This document shows, piece after piece, positions 53,407-63,859 of a DNA stretch of 64,000 bases. Made by a program: the position numbers and the translations under genes. The stretch is from an uncultured Ilyobacter sp. GTDB taxonomy: Bacteria; Fusobacteriota; Fusobacteriia; Fusobacteriales; Fusobacteriaceae. Location of the stretch: NCBI GenBank assembly GCA_963675185.2, contig CAXXOH010000003.1:74517-138516 (forward strand), given 5' to 3'. How positions within the stretch are numbered: position 1 is the first letter of the stretch; the number at the start of each line of letters is the position of its first letter. The notes below the pieces were generated by a model. That model searched no databases and was not told the DNA's origin. It was given only the letters and a program-made list of their open reading frames with translations.

Positions 53407-53781
53407 TTGATTAAGTGTGATAAGACCAATTCTTCACATTTAATGTTTTTAGCTTTAGCATTTAATGAGAAGATAAATCAACGAGATTTAGAAGGACTAT
53501 CTGATTTAATGACTGACGATCATACTTTTATCGACAGTGCCGGGAAGATAAGTACAGGAAAAGCTGAAATGACTAAAGGATGGCGAATTTTTTTTGATTC
53601 CTACCCTGATTACCAGAATATATTTACCAGCATTTCCGTTAATGATAGTATCGTTATTATGCACGGCTACTCTACGTGTTCTAATGAACCTAAGCTCAAT
53701 GTCCCTAGTATTTGGACCGCTAAAATAAAGGATGAAAAAATTTTTGAATGGAGAGTTTACTGGATCGACTCTAATAGATAG
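53407..53781 (+). CDS. NTF2/SnoaL-like (DUF4440-like) protein
   Basis: TTG start 6 nt after GGGGAGGGG. ...LMTDDHTFIDSAGK...WTAKIKDEKIFEWRVY. Confidence 0.55.
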   Translation: MIKCDKTNSSHLMFLALAFNEKINQRDLEGLSDLMTDDHTFIDSAGKISTGKAEMTKGWRIFFDSYPDYQNIFTSISVNDSIVIMHGYSTCSNEPKLNVPSIWTAKIKDEKIFEWRVYWIDSNR

Positions 53782-53822
53782 CGTTTCTCCCATTGTAAAA
53801 AGATAGATTCAATGAATTATGA

Positions 53823-53858
53823 AGCATAAAAAAACGGCATATGCCGTTTTTTTATGCT
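53823..53858. terminator. bidirectional terminator
   Basis: Perfect palindrome AGCATAAAAAAACGGCAT/ATGCCGTTTTTTTATGCT. Confidence 0.85.
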
Positions 53859-53866
53859 TTAAGGGT

Positions 53867-54661
53867 TTAGTTTTCACCCCTCATCTGAGCTAATATCTGC
53901 TCCAGTGCCTCTTGGTTCGGAGCTACAAAAGGAGCCGAACTAGGGACCTTCGCAAGCAGCTCCAAAAGCTGCTTGTTCTTTCCTTGTACAGGCGGCAAGT
54001 GTGACGAGAGGATTATTTTTGGGTCCATTTTTCGAATACTGTCCAGAGCTTGGCTGAGTGCTTCGGGCTTATTCATATAAATCCATGGGTTGTCTGCACC
54101 TGCCCAGCTAATCATGCCTTGAGACAATTCTTCATCTTTAAGCTCCTCGACATTCTGCACAGGTGACGGAACAATGGCACCAAAGCAATCGGCAGAGAAA
54201 AAGGCTTTCGATTTGTCATCATATATGCCTATAGTCGTCGGGTTGTCAAATAAGGGGGGTCTAACGGCGGTCAGCTTACGGTCACCAACATCAATACTTT
54301 CTCCTGGATTTAGCCAGTACACCCGATCCATCGGTACCGGCCAAGCTGTACTCATCCTAAGTACCGCCAATGAGTTCGCCACAAGCCTTGCGTTAGGTGC
54401 TGCTTCAAAAACCTCTTTAAGGCTGCCGGTGTGATCCGCATCGTCGTGGGTTATCCACACCCACTTCAAATCTTTAGGATCGATGAGCGACTTCAGAGCC
54501 TCCATAAACTCCCTGCTTTCAATACCCATTCCAGTATCTACCAAGACCGGCTCTTTAGCCTTGATGATAAAGGCATTAACTGCAAGAAATCCTGTGTTTG
54601 GTATGGGGAAATACGAAGAGATGATCTCTATATCCGGCATCACTTGATATGCTTTTGCCAT
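53867..54661 (-). CDS. MBL-fold metallo-hydrolase/di-iron protein
   Basis: VLVDTGMG...WVWITHDDADHTGSL (variant HxHxDH region). Confidence 0.7.
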   Translation of the reverse strand: MAKAYQVMPDIEIISSYFPIPNTGFLAVNAFIIKAKEPVLVDTGMGIESREFMEALKSLIDPKDLKWVWITHDDADHTGSLKEVFEAAPNARLVANSLAVLRMSTAWPVPMDRVYWLNPGESIDVGDRKLTAVRPPLFDNPTTIGIYDDKSKAFFSADCFGAIVPSPVQNVEELKDEELSQGMISWAGADNPWIYMNKPEALSQALDSIRKMDPKIILSSHLPPVQGKNKQLLELLAKVPSSAPFVAPNQEALEQILAQMRGEN

Positions 54662-54880
54662 TGGGAATTCCTCCTTTTTTCAATTCAGATTTCTCTGGTA
54701 TTATGATAACCTTCTACACTTTGTTATTAGGATTCACCTACACCCATTACATAAAAAAATAAAATGACTGTTAAATATCACCAGTTTTTTATTTATCAAA
54801 CTCCACTGAAAAAACAAAAGTTTATATTTATACTATACGGCATCAGTTATCTTTAGCCTTTGATTTTGTTTGCCCTTTTA

Positions 54881-54935
54881 AGCTGAAAAAAGGAAAATTC
54901 TATAAATATTATATAATCTAATGGGAAATCACATA
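54881..54935 (+). promoter_or_regulatory. conserved promoter/leader module, copy M4
   Basis: GCTGAAAAAAGGAAAATTCTATAAATATTATATAATCTAATGGGAAATCACATATGAAAT. Confidence 0.55.
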
Positions 54936-55044
54936 TGAAATTTAACAGTTTTTATATTAATGATCCCTTGAAAAATCAAACGTATGAAGGGTAGATCAAA
55001 AAAAGATGGGGCACCAAAAGTTTACACGAATTGGGGGTAGTAGG

Positions 55045-55680
55045 ATGAAAATTACCATTATCTACGATAATGAGGTATGGAAGGAAGGTCTAAGGGCAGA
55101 CTGGGGTTTCTCATGTCTCATAGAAGCATCCGGCAAAAAAATACTTTTTGATACTGGTTCAAACGGATTTATACTGCTGGATAATATGAGAAATTTGGAT
55201 ATAGACCCTACTGAAATTGATGCTGTCTTTATTTCTCATTTTCACTGGGACCATTTCGGCGGACTCACAGATTTCCTCAGGATAAATCCTGCGAAAGTTT
55301 ATATCCCGCTTTCCTGCGATGAACCGCATGGAGCTGGAGAAGTGATTAAAGTAAAGGAACCAGTCAAAATCTGTGAAAATATATTTTCAACAGGTAAGCT
55401 TGACGATATAGAGCAGTCACTTGTGATTAAAACAGTAGATGGGCTTGTTGTGATAGTTGGTTGCTCGCATCCTGGGGTTAAAAACATTTTAAAGGCGGCC
55501 TCGAAGCTAGGAAAAGTCTATGCACTTATAGGCGGGCTACACGGGTTCCGAGACTTTGACCTGCTTAAGGATTTAGAGCTTGTGTGCCCCACTCACTGCA
55601 CCCAATTCATACTTGAAATAAAATTGCGCTATCCTAATAAATACGTTAGGGGGGGCGCAGGCAAAGTCATAGAGATATAG
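55045..55680 (+). CDS. MBL-fold metallo-hydrolase
   Basis: Start moved to MKITIIYDNE. ISHFHWDHFGG (HxHxDH) and GCSHPG. Confidence 0.8.
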   Translation: MKITIIYDNEVWKEGLRADWGFSCLIEASGKKILFDTGSNGFILLDNMRNLDIDPTEIDAVFISHFHWDHFGGLTDFLRINPAKVYIPLSCDEPHGAGEVIKVKEPVKICENIFSTGKLDDIEQSLVIKTVDGLVVIVGCSHPGVKNILKAASKLGKVYALIGGLHGFRDFDLLKDLELVCPTHCTQFILEIKLRYPNKYVRGGAGKVIEI

Positions 55681-56226
55681 TCTGTACCCTTGTGTAAAAT
55701 TCTTAGGAGCGCAACTAGCTAAAAACTTACCACTTGTTTTAAGTCTTGCTTAACCACGGCTATTACACACACTCTTTTGTGTTCGGGGCTTGTTTCATTT
55801 AATACTCCTTGAAAAAAGGCTATCTTTATAAAGAATTAGATAGATTTTATAGTTTTTTGTTCAAGTCGTAAAGGTGCAAAAGCAGGCGATACCTATTTCA
55901 TGGGGTATAAAACTAAAAAAGGCACGTATGCGGTCGTTGCATAAATTTACGTATGAAAGTTTTATATTTACATATACCTTTAAAATGTAGATTGCTGACC
56001 ACAAATAGAGGTGCATGAAATAATATAGCGAACAATTCTATATAAATAAAAATACTTTTTTAGAACTCTTAATCCCATTATTTCTTAGAAAAATAGTAAG
56101 GCAGGTTAAAACATATCTTAAAACATTCAAAAAATTGGTTGAACAAAAAGGGACTAATTTTGATGGACAGCTTGAATGCAATACTTAGCAGTTGATATTT
56201 GGATCAATTTGTAACAGGGGGCCGTT

Positions 56227-57258
56227 ATGGATAAAAAGGATTTGTTGAACAAAGAAATAAGGCACATAGATATAACCAGCTTTGATTCAAAACAGATAAT
56301 AGAAGCCTTTGAGGAGACGGCTTTTCAAGCAAGAAATCTTGCAAGGGCAGCAAAGATATATGATAAAATGCTTTCCGACAAAAGCTGCGCAGTCATACTC
56401 TGTCTGGCCGGATCACTCTTCAGCGCTGGTCTTAAGGATGTAGTCTATGAAATGGTCAAAAACAACATGGTAGATGCAATTGTATCAACTGGGGCAATAA
56501 TTGTAGACCAAGATTTCTTTGAGGCTATGGGATTTAAACATTACAAGGGTACCCCTTTTATAGACAACAAGATGCTCAGAAAAATAATGATAGATAGGAT
56601 ATACGACACCTTTATAGATGAAAATGATCTGAGGGAATGTGACATGACAGTTGCAAAAATAGCAGAAAATTTACTGCCACGCCCTTACTCTTCCAGGGAA
56701 TTTATAGATGAAATGGGGCGCTTCCTGGTTAAAAACGGAAAGAATCCTAAATCGGTTGTTTTAGAATGTCATAAAAAAGGGGTGCCTATTTTTGTGCCTG
56801 CCTTCTCAGATTGTAGTGCGGGTTTCGGGCTTGCCTACCACCAGTACAATAAGGTTTCTAACCCTAAGCTTACAATAGATAGTACAAAGGATTTTCTAGA
56901 ATTGACCAGAGTTAAGATCAACGCAGAGGATACCGGTCTTATTATGATAGGCGGCGGCGTACCAAAAAACTTTGCACAGGATGTTACAGTAGCTGCAGAT
57001 ATTCTAGGAGCCGATGTCAGAATGCATAAATACGCCATCCAGATAACCGTAGCCGACGAGAGGGACGGAGGGCTCTCTGGCTCCACACTTAAAGAGGCTC
57101 ATTCCTGGGCCAAGGTAGACACTGACTTTGAACAGATGGTGTACTGCGAAGCCACCATCGCCCTTCCACTGCTTGCGAGCTACGCATACCACCGGATGAA
57201 TTGGAAAACCCGAAATTCTAAAAATTACAATAATATCCTAGGGGAGGTGGAAAAATGA
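56227..57258 (+). CDS. deoxyhypusine-synthase-like protein (probable homospermidine-synthase-type enzyme)
   Basis: 343 aa; DHS-family features (LAGSLFSAGL..., GGGVPKNF, ...EAHSWAKV). Confidence 0.75.
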   Translation: MDKKDLLNKEIRHIDITSFDSKQIIEAFEETAFQARNLARAAKIYDKMLSDKSCAVILCLAGSLFSAGLKDVVYEMVKNNMVDAIVSTGAIIVDQDFFEAMGFKHYKGTPFIDNKMLRKIMIDRIYDTFIDENDLRECDMTVAKIAENLLPRPYSSREFIDEMGRFLVKNGKNPKSVVLECHKKGVPIFVPAFSDCSAGFGLAYHQYNKVSNPKLTIDSTKDFLELTRVKINAEDTGLIMIGGGVPKNFAQDVTVAADILGADVRMHKYAIQITVADERDGGLSGSTLKEAHSWAKVDTDFEQMVYCEATIALPLLASYAYHRMNWKTRNSKNYNNILGEVEK

Positions 57259-57797
57259 TACCTACAAAGGCGTTTTTTGTAAAAGGTATAGGCGTACATA
57301 AAGATCAGCTGACCTCTTTTGAAACTGCCCTCAGAAAAGCAGAGATAGAAAAATACAATATCGTTAATGTTTCCAGTATCCTGCCGCCTGGATGTGAGGT
57401 AATATCAAAACAAGATGGATTAAAACTTTTAAAGCCTGGCCAGATAATCCACGCCGTTATGGCCAAAAATCAGACCAACGAACCAAACCGCCTTGTATCT
57501 GCTGCGATAGGCCTCGCAGTTCCCAACGATAAAGAGGGATACGGCTACATTTCAGAGCACACCGCCTTTGGTGAGACAGGAAAAAATTCAGGCGAGTACG
57601 CGGAGGACCTGGCTGCCACAATGCTTGCTACCAGGCTAGGGATAGAGTTCGATCCGGAAACCGCTTGGGATGAGAGAAAGCAGATTTACAGGGCAAGCGG
57701 CAGGATATTTAAAACTACACAGATACACCAATCTGCTGAAGGCAGTAGAGATAACCTTTGGACCACTGTAGTTGCTGCAATAGTTTTTATAATATAA
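57255..57797 (+). CDS. pdaD: pyruvoyl-dependent arginine decarboxylase
   Basis: MIPTKAFFVKGIGVH...NIVNVSSILPPG (Ser-Ser self-cleavage site). Overlaps the DHS-like gene by 4 nt (ATGA). Confidence 0.85.
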   Translation: MIPTKAFFVKGIGVHKDQLTSFETALRKAEIEKYNIVNVSSILPPGCEVISKQDGLKLLKPGQIIHAVMAKNQTNEPNRLVSAAIGLAVPNDKEGYGYISEHTAFGETGKNSGEYAEDLAATMLATRLGIEFDPETAWDERKQIYRASGRIFKTTQIHQSAEGSRDNLWTTVVAAIVFII

Positions 57798-57859
57798 TTG
57801 GGAAAAAAAATATAAACCGTTTAGCAGTAGCAAGAATAGTATGGGCAGGGGGAATTTTA

Positions 57860-58525
57860 ATGCTGGAAGCAGTAATTTTCGATATGGATGGTGTGATAAT
57901 TGATAGTGAACCAATACACTTTGAAGTGGACAAGATGATGTTAAAAAATTGTGGCGTCAATATCTTGGCCGAAGAACTGCATGAGTATGTTGGCATGACA
58001 AGTCCTGAAATGTGGACTAGATTAAAAGAGAAGTATAAGATCAAACTTTCGGTTGAAGAGTTGATGAGGCTACAACTGGATACGAAGTTGAATGCCATTG
58101 AGAAGATGGATGAAAAACCTATAAGCGGCGTTTTGAGTTTATTGAAGTCATTAAGGGAGAATAGCATAAAAATTGCATTGGCATCATCAGCACCGAGACA
58201 ACTCATAATGGCGGTATTGAAAAAGTTCGATATTGAAAATTATTTTCATATAGTACTCAGTGGCGAGAAAGTCGAAAAGGGTAAACCGAAACCGGATATT
58301 TTTGAAGAAATTTCAAGGATATTGAATATAGCTCCTGAAAACTGTCTGGTTATAGAGGATTCACAAAACGGCGTAAAGGCCGAAAAATGCGCAGGGATGA
58401 AATGCATAGGATTTATAAATGAAAACTCTGGGATGCAGGATCTGTCTCTAGCAGATTTAGTTATCGATAGTTTGGAAAAAGTTAACCTATCGTTGATAAG
58501 GAATCTTTATGAAATAGGAGTTTAG
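57860..58525 (+). CDS. HAD-family hydrolase (beta-phosphoglucomutase-like)
   Basis: Start moved to MLEAVIFDMDGVIIDSE (AGGGGGA RBS). ...KGKPKPDIF..., IEDSQNGVKA. Confidence 0.85.
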   Translation: MLEAVIFDMDGVIIDSEPIHFEVDKMMLKNCGVNILAEELHEYVGMTSPEMWTRLKEKYKIKLSVEELMRLQLDTKLNAIEKMDEKPISGVLSLLKSLRENSIKIALASSAPRQLIMAVLKKFDIENYFHIVLSGEKVEKGKPKPDIFEEISRILNIAPENCLVIEDSQNGVKAEKCAGMKCIGFINENSGMQDLSLADLVIDSLEKVNLSLIRNLYEIGV

Positions 58526-58808
58526 CCAGCTTGAAAAATATCTGGTGAAATGATGGGTATTTGAAGAGAGAATACCTGACAAGCAGTATTCAATAATAAA
58601 ATCTACACTTTTAATAGTTCTTGGTTTAATTTTTTGATTTTTGATGGTAAATTAATAGTATTATGATTTAGTACGAATTACACATGTACCCTGGAGACTT
58701 CTACGGTTTTGACTTAGCTGTGCCAAATGCATTGATATCTAAAATTTATTTACAATAACTATTGAATCATTTATCAATATCAGAAAAAACATAAGGTGGG
58801 GATAAAAA

Positions 58809-59333
58809 ATGAGCACTGACAAAGGAGTAGGGTTTATTAAGCAGTTCAAAGATTTCATTGTTTTTCTCCAAAGTTTATGGGGCCTTTTGGCGGGAGTATC
58901 TGTATTTTTTCCTCTTTCTAATGTGCTCTCAAGGGTTATCCCTATAGGAAATTTCTATGATGAACCCCCTGGTTCGGGTTCATTTGAATACTTTTCTCCT
59001 GAGATGGTCACGGCAATAGCTACGCTTATTTCCTTATTTGTTGTATTCTCGACATTCATTCGACGGTATAAATTTAAGGTGCAGAAAGTAACCCTGATAC
59101 AGGGAAAAGCTTCGATTTCCTTTGCTGTTGGGCTAATATCCCTAATTCTCTATTTAGTGTTAAATTTTGGAATATATGAGCTCTTCTACGGGTCTTTTGA
59201 GATATGGGGTGGGGATCCTAGGAGGTTGATCGGCGATGTCATGTTGCTGCTTACCTATAGCATTTTCTTTTCTCTAATGACCAGAGCATTTATGCTCTTG
59301 GGTATGATAGGATTTTTTGGGTGTGAAGGCTGA
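58809..59333 (+). CDS. hypothetical membrane protein
   Basis: 4 predicted TM helices; GGTGGGG RBS. Confidence 0.5.
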   Translation: MSTDKGVGFIKQFKDFIVFLQSLWGLLAGVSVFFPLSNVLSRVIPIGNFYDEPPGSGSFEYFSPEMVTAIATLISLFVVFSTFIRRYKFKVQKVTLIQGKASISFAVGLISLILYLVLNFGIYELFYGSFEIWGGDPRRLIGDVMLLLTYSIFFSLMTRAFMLLGMIGFFGCEG

Positions 59334-59404
59334 CAACTCATACTGCTGCTTCACTTATTACAAACTTTGGACTTCTACAAAAAGAATCGGAGGTTTTTAC
59401 AGCG

Positions 59405-61176
59405 ATGAAAAAGAAGATACTGAAATTGTCATTAAAAATATTTTTTATCTTATTTGTAATTAGCAGTGCCATACTCTGGCATATGTACGATTTAACTTAT
59501 AAATCGGAAATCAGCAAGATAAGATCAAGGGAAATAAACGATTTAAATGATCGGAATGCTATAGTTGTGAGGATTATGGACTCTTTAACCTCTGATGTTT
59601 TATTCTTGTCAAGACTCCCAGATTTAAAAACATATAGAGAGCCAGAACACATTGCGGAATTGTTTTTGGAATTTTCTTTAGCAAAAAAAGTTTACGATCA
59701 GGTTAGATTTATTGACAGTAGCGGGAAAGAACAGATAAGGATCAACTGGGATAATGGCAGTCCGAAAATTGTGGAAAGAGATGGACTACAAAGCAAAAAA
59801 GGGAGATATTACTTTGACGATACTTTCAAACTCGATAAAGAACAGATATTTATATCCCCATTGGATTTAAATATTGAGCATGGGAAGGTAGAAGAAGCGT
59901 TAAAGTCCATGCTGAGAATAGGGACGCCATTTTATGATGCTTATAATAATAAAAAGGGAATAGTCCTGCTCAATTATTGTGGAAAAGACCTAATTGATGA
60001 ATTAAGGAAAAATATAAAGAGTAAATACAGTGAGCTTTATTTCTTGAATCAGGATGGCTATTGGTTGTATTCTGATAAAAAGGAAAATGAATGGGGGATT
60101 CATGTTTTCTGAAAAGGAAAATACGGTTTTTAAAAATAAATTTTCTGATAAACTATGGGCGGAAATTAATAACAATAGGGATGGCCAAATACAAAATAGA
60201 CTGGAAAAACTATAAATGGAAATTGATCTCTTATATTTCAACTGAAAAATTAGAAGCTATTGGGAAACCGATAAAAATAAATTATTTAACTTTATGGCTT
60301 ATATTTTCAGTGTTCAACGGTTTGGTTTCTTTTGTTTTGGCAAGGTCTATCACTTCGCAAAAACAAGCAAATTTAGATAAATTAGCTGCTGAAAAAAGAT
60401 ACCGTATTCTATTTGAGCGTGCAGGGGAGAGTATAATAGTTACAAAACAGGATGAACCCCTTATGGTAAACATGAGAACAACTAATCTATTTGAATACAG
60501 ACAAGAAGAAATCCTGTCGATGCCCATAAAAGCTTTAATCCATGAGCGGGATAGGGAAAAAGTTGTTGAAAACCGGGATAAGCAATTTAAAGAAAATATA
60601 GAATCATTAGTTTTCGAATCAAAAATAGTAACAAAATCAGGAAAAGAAAAATGTGCAGAAATCCGTTCCACAAAAATAGAATTTGGAGAGGATAAGGCAT
60701 TGCTATACTTTTTTCTTGACATAACAGAAAGAAAAAAATGGAAATGAAATTAAAGGAGCTTGCAACCACTGATCCGTTGACAAACTGCTTTAACCGTCGA
60801 TTTGGATTATTTCAAAAAAATCAACGATACCTATGGGCATGATGTTGGAGATTTGGTATTAAAAAAATTTGTGGAAATAACAAAGCTGGATATTAAAAAT
60901 ATCGATGCTGTTGGCAGGTTAGGCGGAGAAGAATTTGTAATTATACTTCCAAATTGTTCGAAGAAAGATGGCATTAATTGTGCCGAAAGAATTCGAGCAT
61001 CCATTGAAGAATTCAGATTAAAAATTAACGGTATTAATGAAGATATCCGTTTTACCAGTAGTTTTGGGGTGACGGAGACAAAAGAAGATGATAGCATAGA
61101 AACTATGCTGAAAAGAGCAGACAATGCCTTGTATGCAGCTAAAAAAGAGGGGCGGAATAAGACTGTAGCAATTTAG
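59405..61176 (+). pseudogene. sensor PAS-GGDEF diguanylate cyclase, multiply disrupted
   Basis: Three ORF-track pieces (59405-60112, 60091-60747, 60802-61176). They cover an N-terminal TM + sensor, a TM + PAS (..FERAGESIIVTKQD..LDITERKK) and a GGDEF domain (GRLGGEEFVIIL). Frameshifts near 60093-60097 (G5) and ~60200. About 30 aa are missing between DPLTNCFNRR and LDYFKKINDTYGHDVGD. Confidence 0.75.
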
Positions 61177-61293
61177 TGGAAAAAATTGAAGATAGAGGTA
61201 CGCATTTTGGGTAGATGTGATGGAGTACCTGCTTGGGTAAAGCGTTTTGACTGTATATTATCTGTTATTTTAGAATGAAAGGGTTGGTTTAGG

Positions 61294-61743
61294 ATGAAAT
61301 GTGCAGTAGTTTGTGTTTCCGTTCATCACCACAATACCGAGAAAATTGCGGCTGCTATCTCCGAAGTGCTTGGAGCAGACTTGCTGCAAATAAGCGATGT
61401 AAATTCAGGTTTATTAGAGCAGTATGATATGATCGGCTTTGGATCGGGTATTTACTTTGGGAAACACCACAAAAAGTTGTTTGAGCTTATTGCTGGCATA
61501 GATTTGAATGGTAAAAATGTTTTTGTTTTTTCCACAAGCGGAACCGGCAGCATAAAGTACAATAAGAAACTAATTGATGCCCTCATTTCCAGAGGCGCCG
61601 ATGTCAAAGGAAGCTTTTCATGTAAAGGGTATGACACCTATGGGGTGCTAAAGTGGATAGGGGGTATGGCAAAAGGTAGGCCAAACAGCAGGGATATAGA
61701 AGATGCAAAAGATTTTGTTACTACCCTTAAAATGTTAAAGTAG
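61294..61743 (+). CDS. flavodoxin-family protein
   Basis: 149 aa; flavodoxin-like layout (MKCAVVCVSVHHHNTEKIA..., VFVFSTSGTGS). Confidence 0.6.
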   Translation: MKCAVVCVSVHHHNTEKIAAAISEVLGADLLQISDVNSGLLEQYDMIGFGSGIYFGKHHKKLFELIAGIDLNGKNVFVFSTSGTGSIKYNKKLIDALISRGADVKGSFSCKGYDTYGVLKWIGGMAKGRPNSRDIEDAKDFVTTLKMLK

Positions 61744-61814
61744 TTATACTTTATTATCGTGATGGCGTTGACAGAAGTAGAGAGTAGTTAACTATATTAA
61801 AAATTGGGGTGTTA

Positions 61815-62294
61815 ATGATGAAAAAATTATTATTAATACTTTTAGTGATCTTTTTGTTAATGGGGTGTTCTAATTCTGAATTTAAAAATAAACATGAGAT
61901 AGGTAATAGGTTTAATGAAAATGAAAAGCTTAATGAGTATGTAAAATCTATGGGTGATGTTTTATTCTATATCCATAAATTAAAAGATGAAGATTTTACA
62001 TCTACTTATGGAGATGGAGAAAATATAAAAATATGGTATATTGCTGCAGAAGAATTAGGACAAATTGGAAAGCCTGCAATTCCTTTTCTAATAAAAAATC
62101 TTGATACAAAAAATGATTACGAGATAACATTAACTCTTTATGCATTGCTGCTTTCTTCTCAGCATGAAAACGTAAAGGAATTTACAAATGGTGACTATAT
62201 CAAAGTTAACTTAGATTTTAATCCAAAAACTCACCAAGAGTACATTAAAATTGCAAAGTCATGGTGGGAAAAATACAAAGATAACTGGGAATAA
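61815..62294 (+). CDS. hypothetical lipoprotein
   Basis: Signal + lipobox LLMGC; no recognisable catalytic motif. Confidence 0.5.
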   Translation: MMKKLLLILLVIFLLMGCSNSEFKNKHEIGNRFNENEKLNEYVKSMGDVLFYIHKLKDEDFTSTYGDGENIKIWYIAAEELGQIGKPAIPFLIKNLDTKNDYEITLTLYALLLSSQHENVKEFTNGDYIKVNLDFNPKTHQEYIKIAKSWWEKYKDNWE

Positions 62295-62362
62295 TTATCA
62301 TACACAAAATTTATGAAGTGACTTTAGAGGCAGTTTCACCACCTTGTATAGGAAGGGAAAAG

Positions 62363-63045
62363 ATGAATAGGAGCCTATCCCAACTTAAGAAAAAAGTAAT
62401 TATTCGCCTGGCTATGTTCCCAATTTTTTTAAGCATATTTGTTTTTTACCTGCTGGTTCTTTCAGGTTTTGGAAAGCTTGGGCTTATTTTATAACCCTTT
62501 TTGCACCAATGACTTTTGCAATAAGCTATTTTCTAAAAAATTCTCCAGAGCTTTTGGAGCGTCGTCTTAAGTGGAAAGAAAGAGAAAGAGAACAAAAAAT
62601 TATAACAGCTATTTCAACGCTCATCCTTTTAGGAGGCTTTATAATTTCTGGCTTGGATTATCGGCTTAGCTGGTCGGAAGTACAAACATATCTTGTGGTG
62701 GTAGCGGATATTTTTGTTTTTTTAGGCTATCTTATAGTACTTTTTGCCTTGAAGGTAAATGTATATGCTTCTCGTGTTGTTGAAGTCGCTAATGGCCAGA
62801 AGCTTATATCTACGGGACCTTACGCAATAGTCCGCCATCCGATGTATTCAGGGGTGGTATTGATGTTTTTATGGACTCCCCTTGCATTGGGGTCATTTTG
62901 GGCTATAATTTCCTTTTTTTCGTTTCCAGTTGTAATCGTGTTTAGAATATTAAATGAAGAGAAGATTTTACTAAAAGATTTTCCGGGGTACCAGGAGTAC
63001 TATAGGAAGGTTCGTTATCAGCTAATTCCATTTTTGTGGCAGTAG
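62363..63045 (+). pseudogene. ICMT/phospholipid-methyltransferase-family membrane protein with a homopolymer frameshift
   Basis: ATG 62363 gives MNRSLSQLKKKVIIRLAMFPIFLSIFVF. After the T6 run (62442-62447) the protein continues in another frame LPAGSFRFWKAWAYFITLFAPMTFAISYF... to 63045 (VRHPMYSG motif). One extra T would restore the frame, so this could be a sequencing error. Confidence 0.6.
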
Positions 63046-63100
63046 ATTGATTGAAATATTAACTCAACCATGCTCAGTTATCAGGATAAAGGAGGTCAAA

Positions 63101-63802
63101 ATGAATGAAATTAAATGCGATATCTGCCAAAAGAAATATGTTGAAACAGATCTAATAACCGGGCACGGTATTCCAAATGAGATAGAGAAATTAATCATAA
63201 GGGATTTCCCGGATTGGAACGACAATAAACGGATATGCAAGGATGACCTCAACATTTATAGAATGAAATACATATCCTCGCTAATTGAAGATGAGGAAGG
63301 GAAAATAAAAGAACTGGAAAAAACGGTCATCACCAGCATAAAGCAGAATGAGATAATAGCATCAAACATAAACATAGCAGTGAGAGAAAAGTATAAAATT
63401 GCAGATATAATATCCGATAAAATAGCTGTATTTGGCGGGAGCTGGACATTTATAATAATATTTTTCATTCTCCTTCTTAGTTGGATGGTGCTGAATAGCT
63501 ATTTTTTAATCAGTAGGCCCTTTGACCCGTTTCCTTATATATTATTGAATTTGGTTTTGTCGTGTATTGCTGCGATACAGGCGCCAATAATCATGATGAG
63601 CCAAAACCGCCAGGAAATGAAAGACAGGATGAGGTCAGAGAACGATTATAAGGTAGATCTCAAGTCGGAGATAGAGATTAGGACTCTTCATGAGAAAGTC
63701 GACCACCTGCTGCTGGATCAATGGTCAAAGATGATGAAAATCCAGGAGATGCAAATCGAGATACTTGAAGAGATAAAGAAAAAAACTGATACGTTGGGGT
63801 AA
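63101..63802 (+). CDS. DUF1003-family membrane protein
   Basis: Start moved to MNEIKCDIC (AAGGAGG RBS). FGGSWTFIIIFF...PFPYILLNLVLSCIAAIQAPIIMMSQNRQ. Confidence 0.7.
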   Translation: MNEIKCDICQKKYVETDLITGHGIPNEIEKLIIRDFPDWNDNKRICKDDLNIYRMKYISSLIEDEEGKIKELEKTVITSIKQNEIIASNINIAVREKYKIADIISDKIAVFGGSWTFIIIFFILLLSWMVLNSYFLISRPFDPFPYILLNLVLSCIAAIQAPIIMMSQNRQEMKDRMRSENDYKVDLKSEIEIRTLHEKVDHLLLDQWSKMMKIQEMQIEILEEIKKKTDTLG

Positions 63803-63859
63803 GCACTTGACTTTGACCGGCACTCAATAAAATAAAAAATTATGAGGAAGTGTAAAAAA

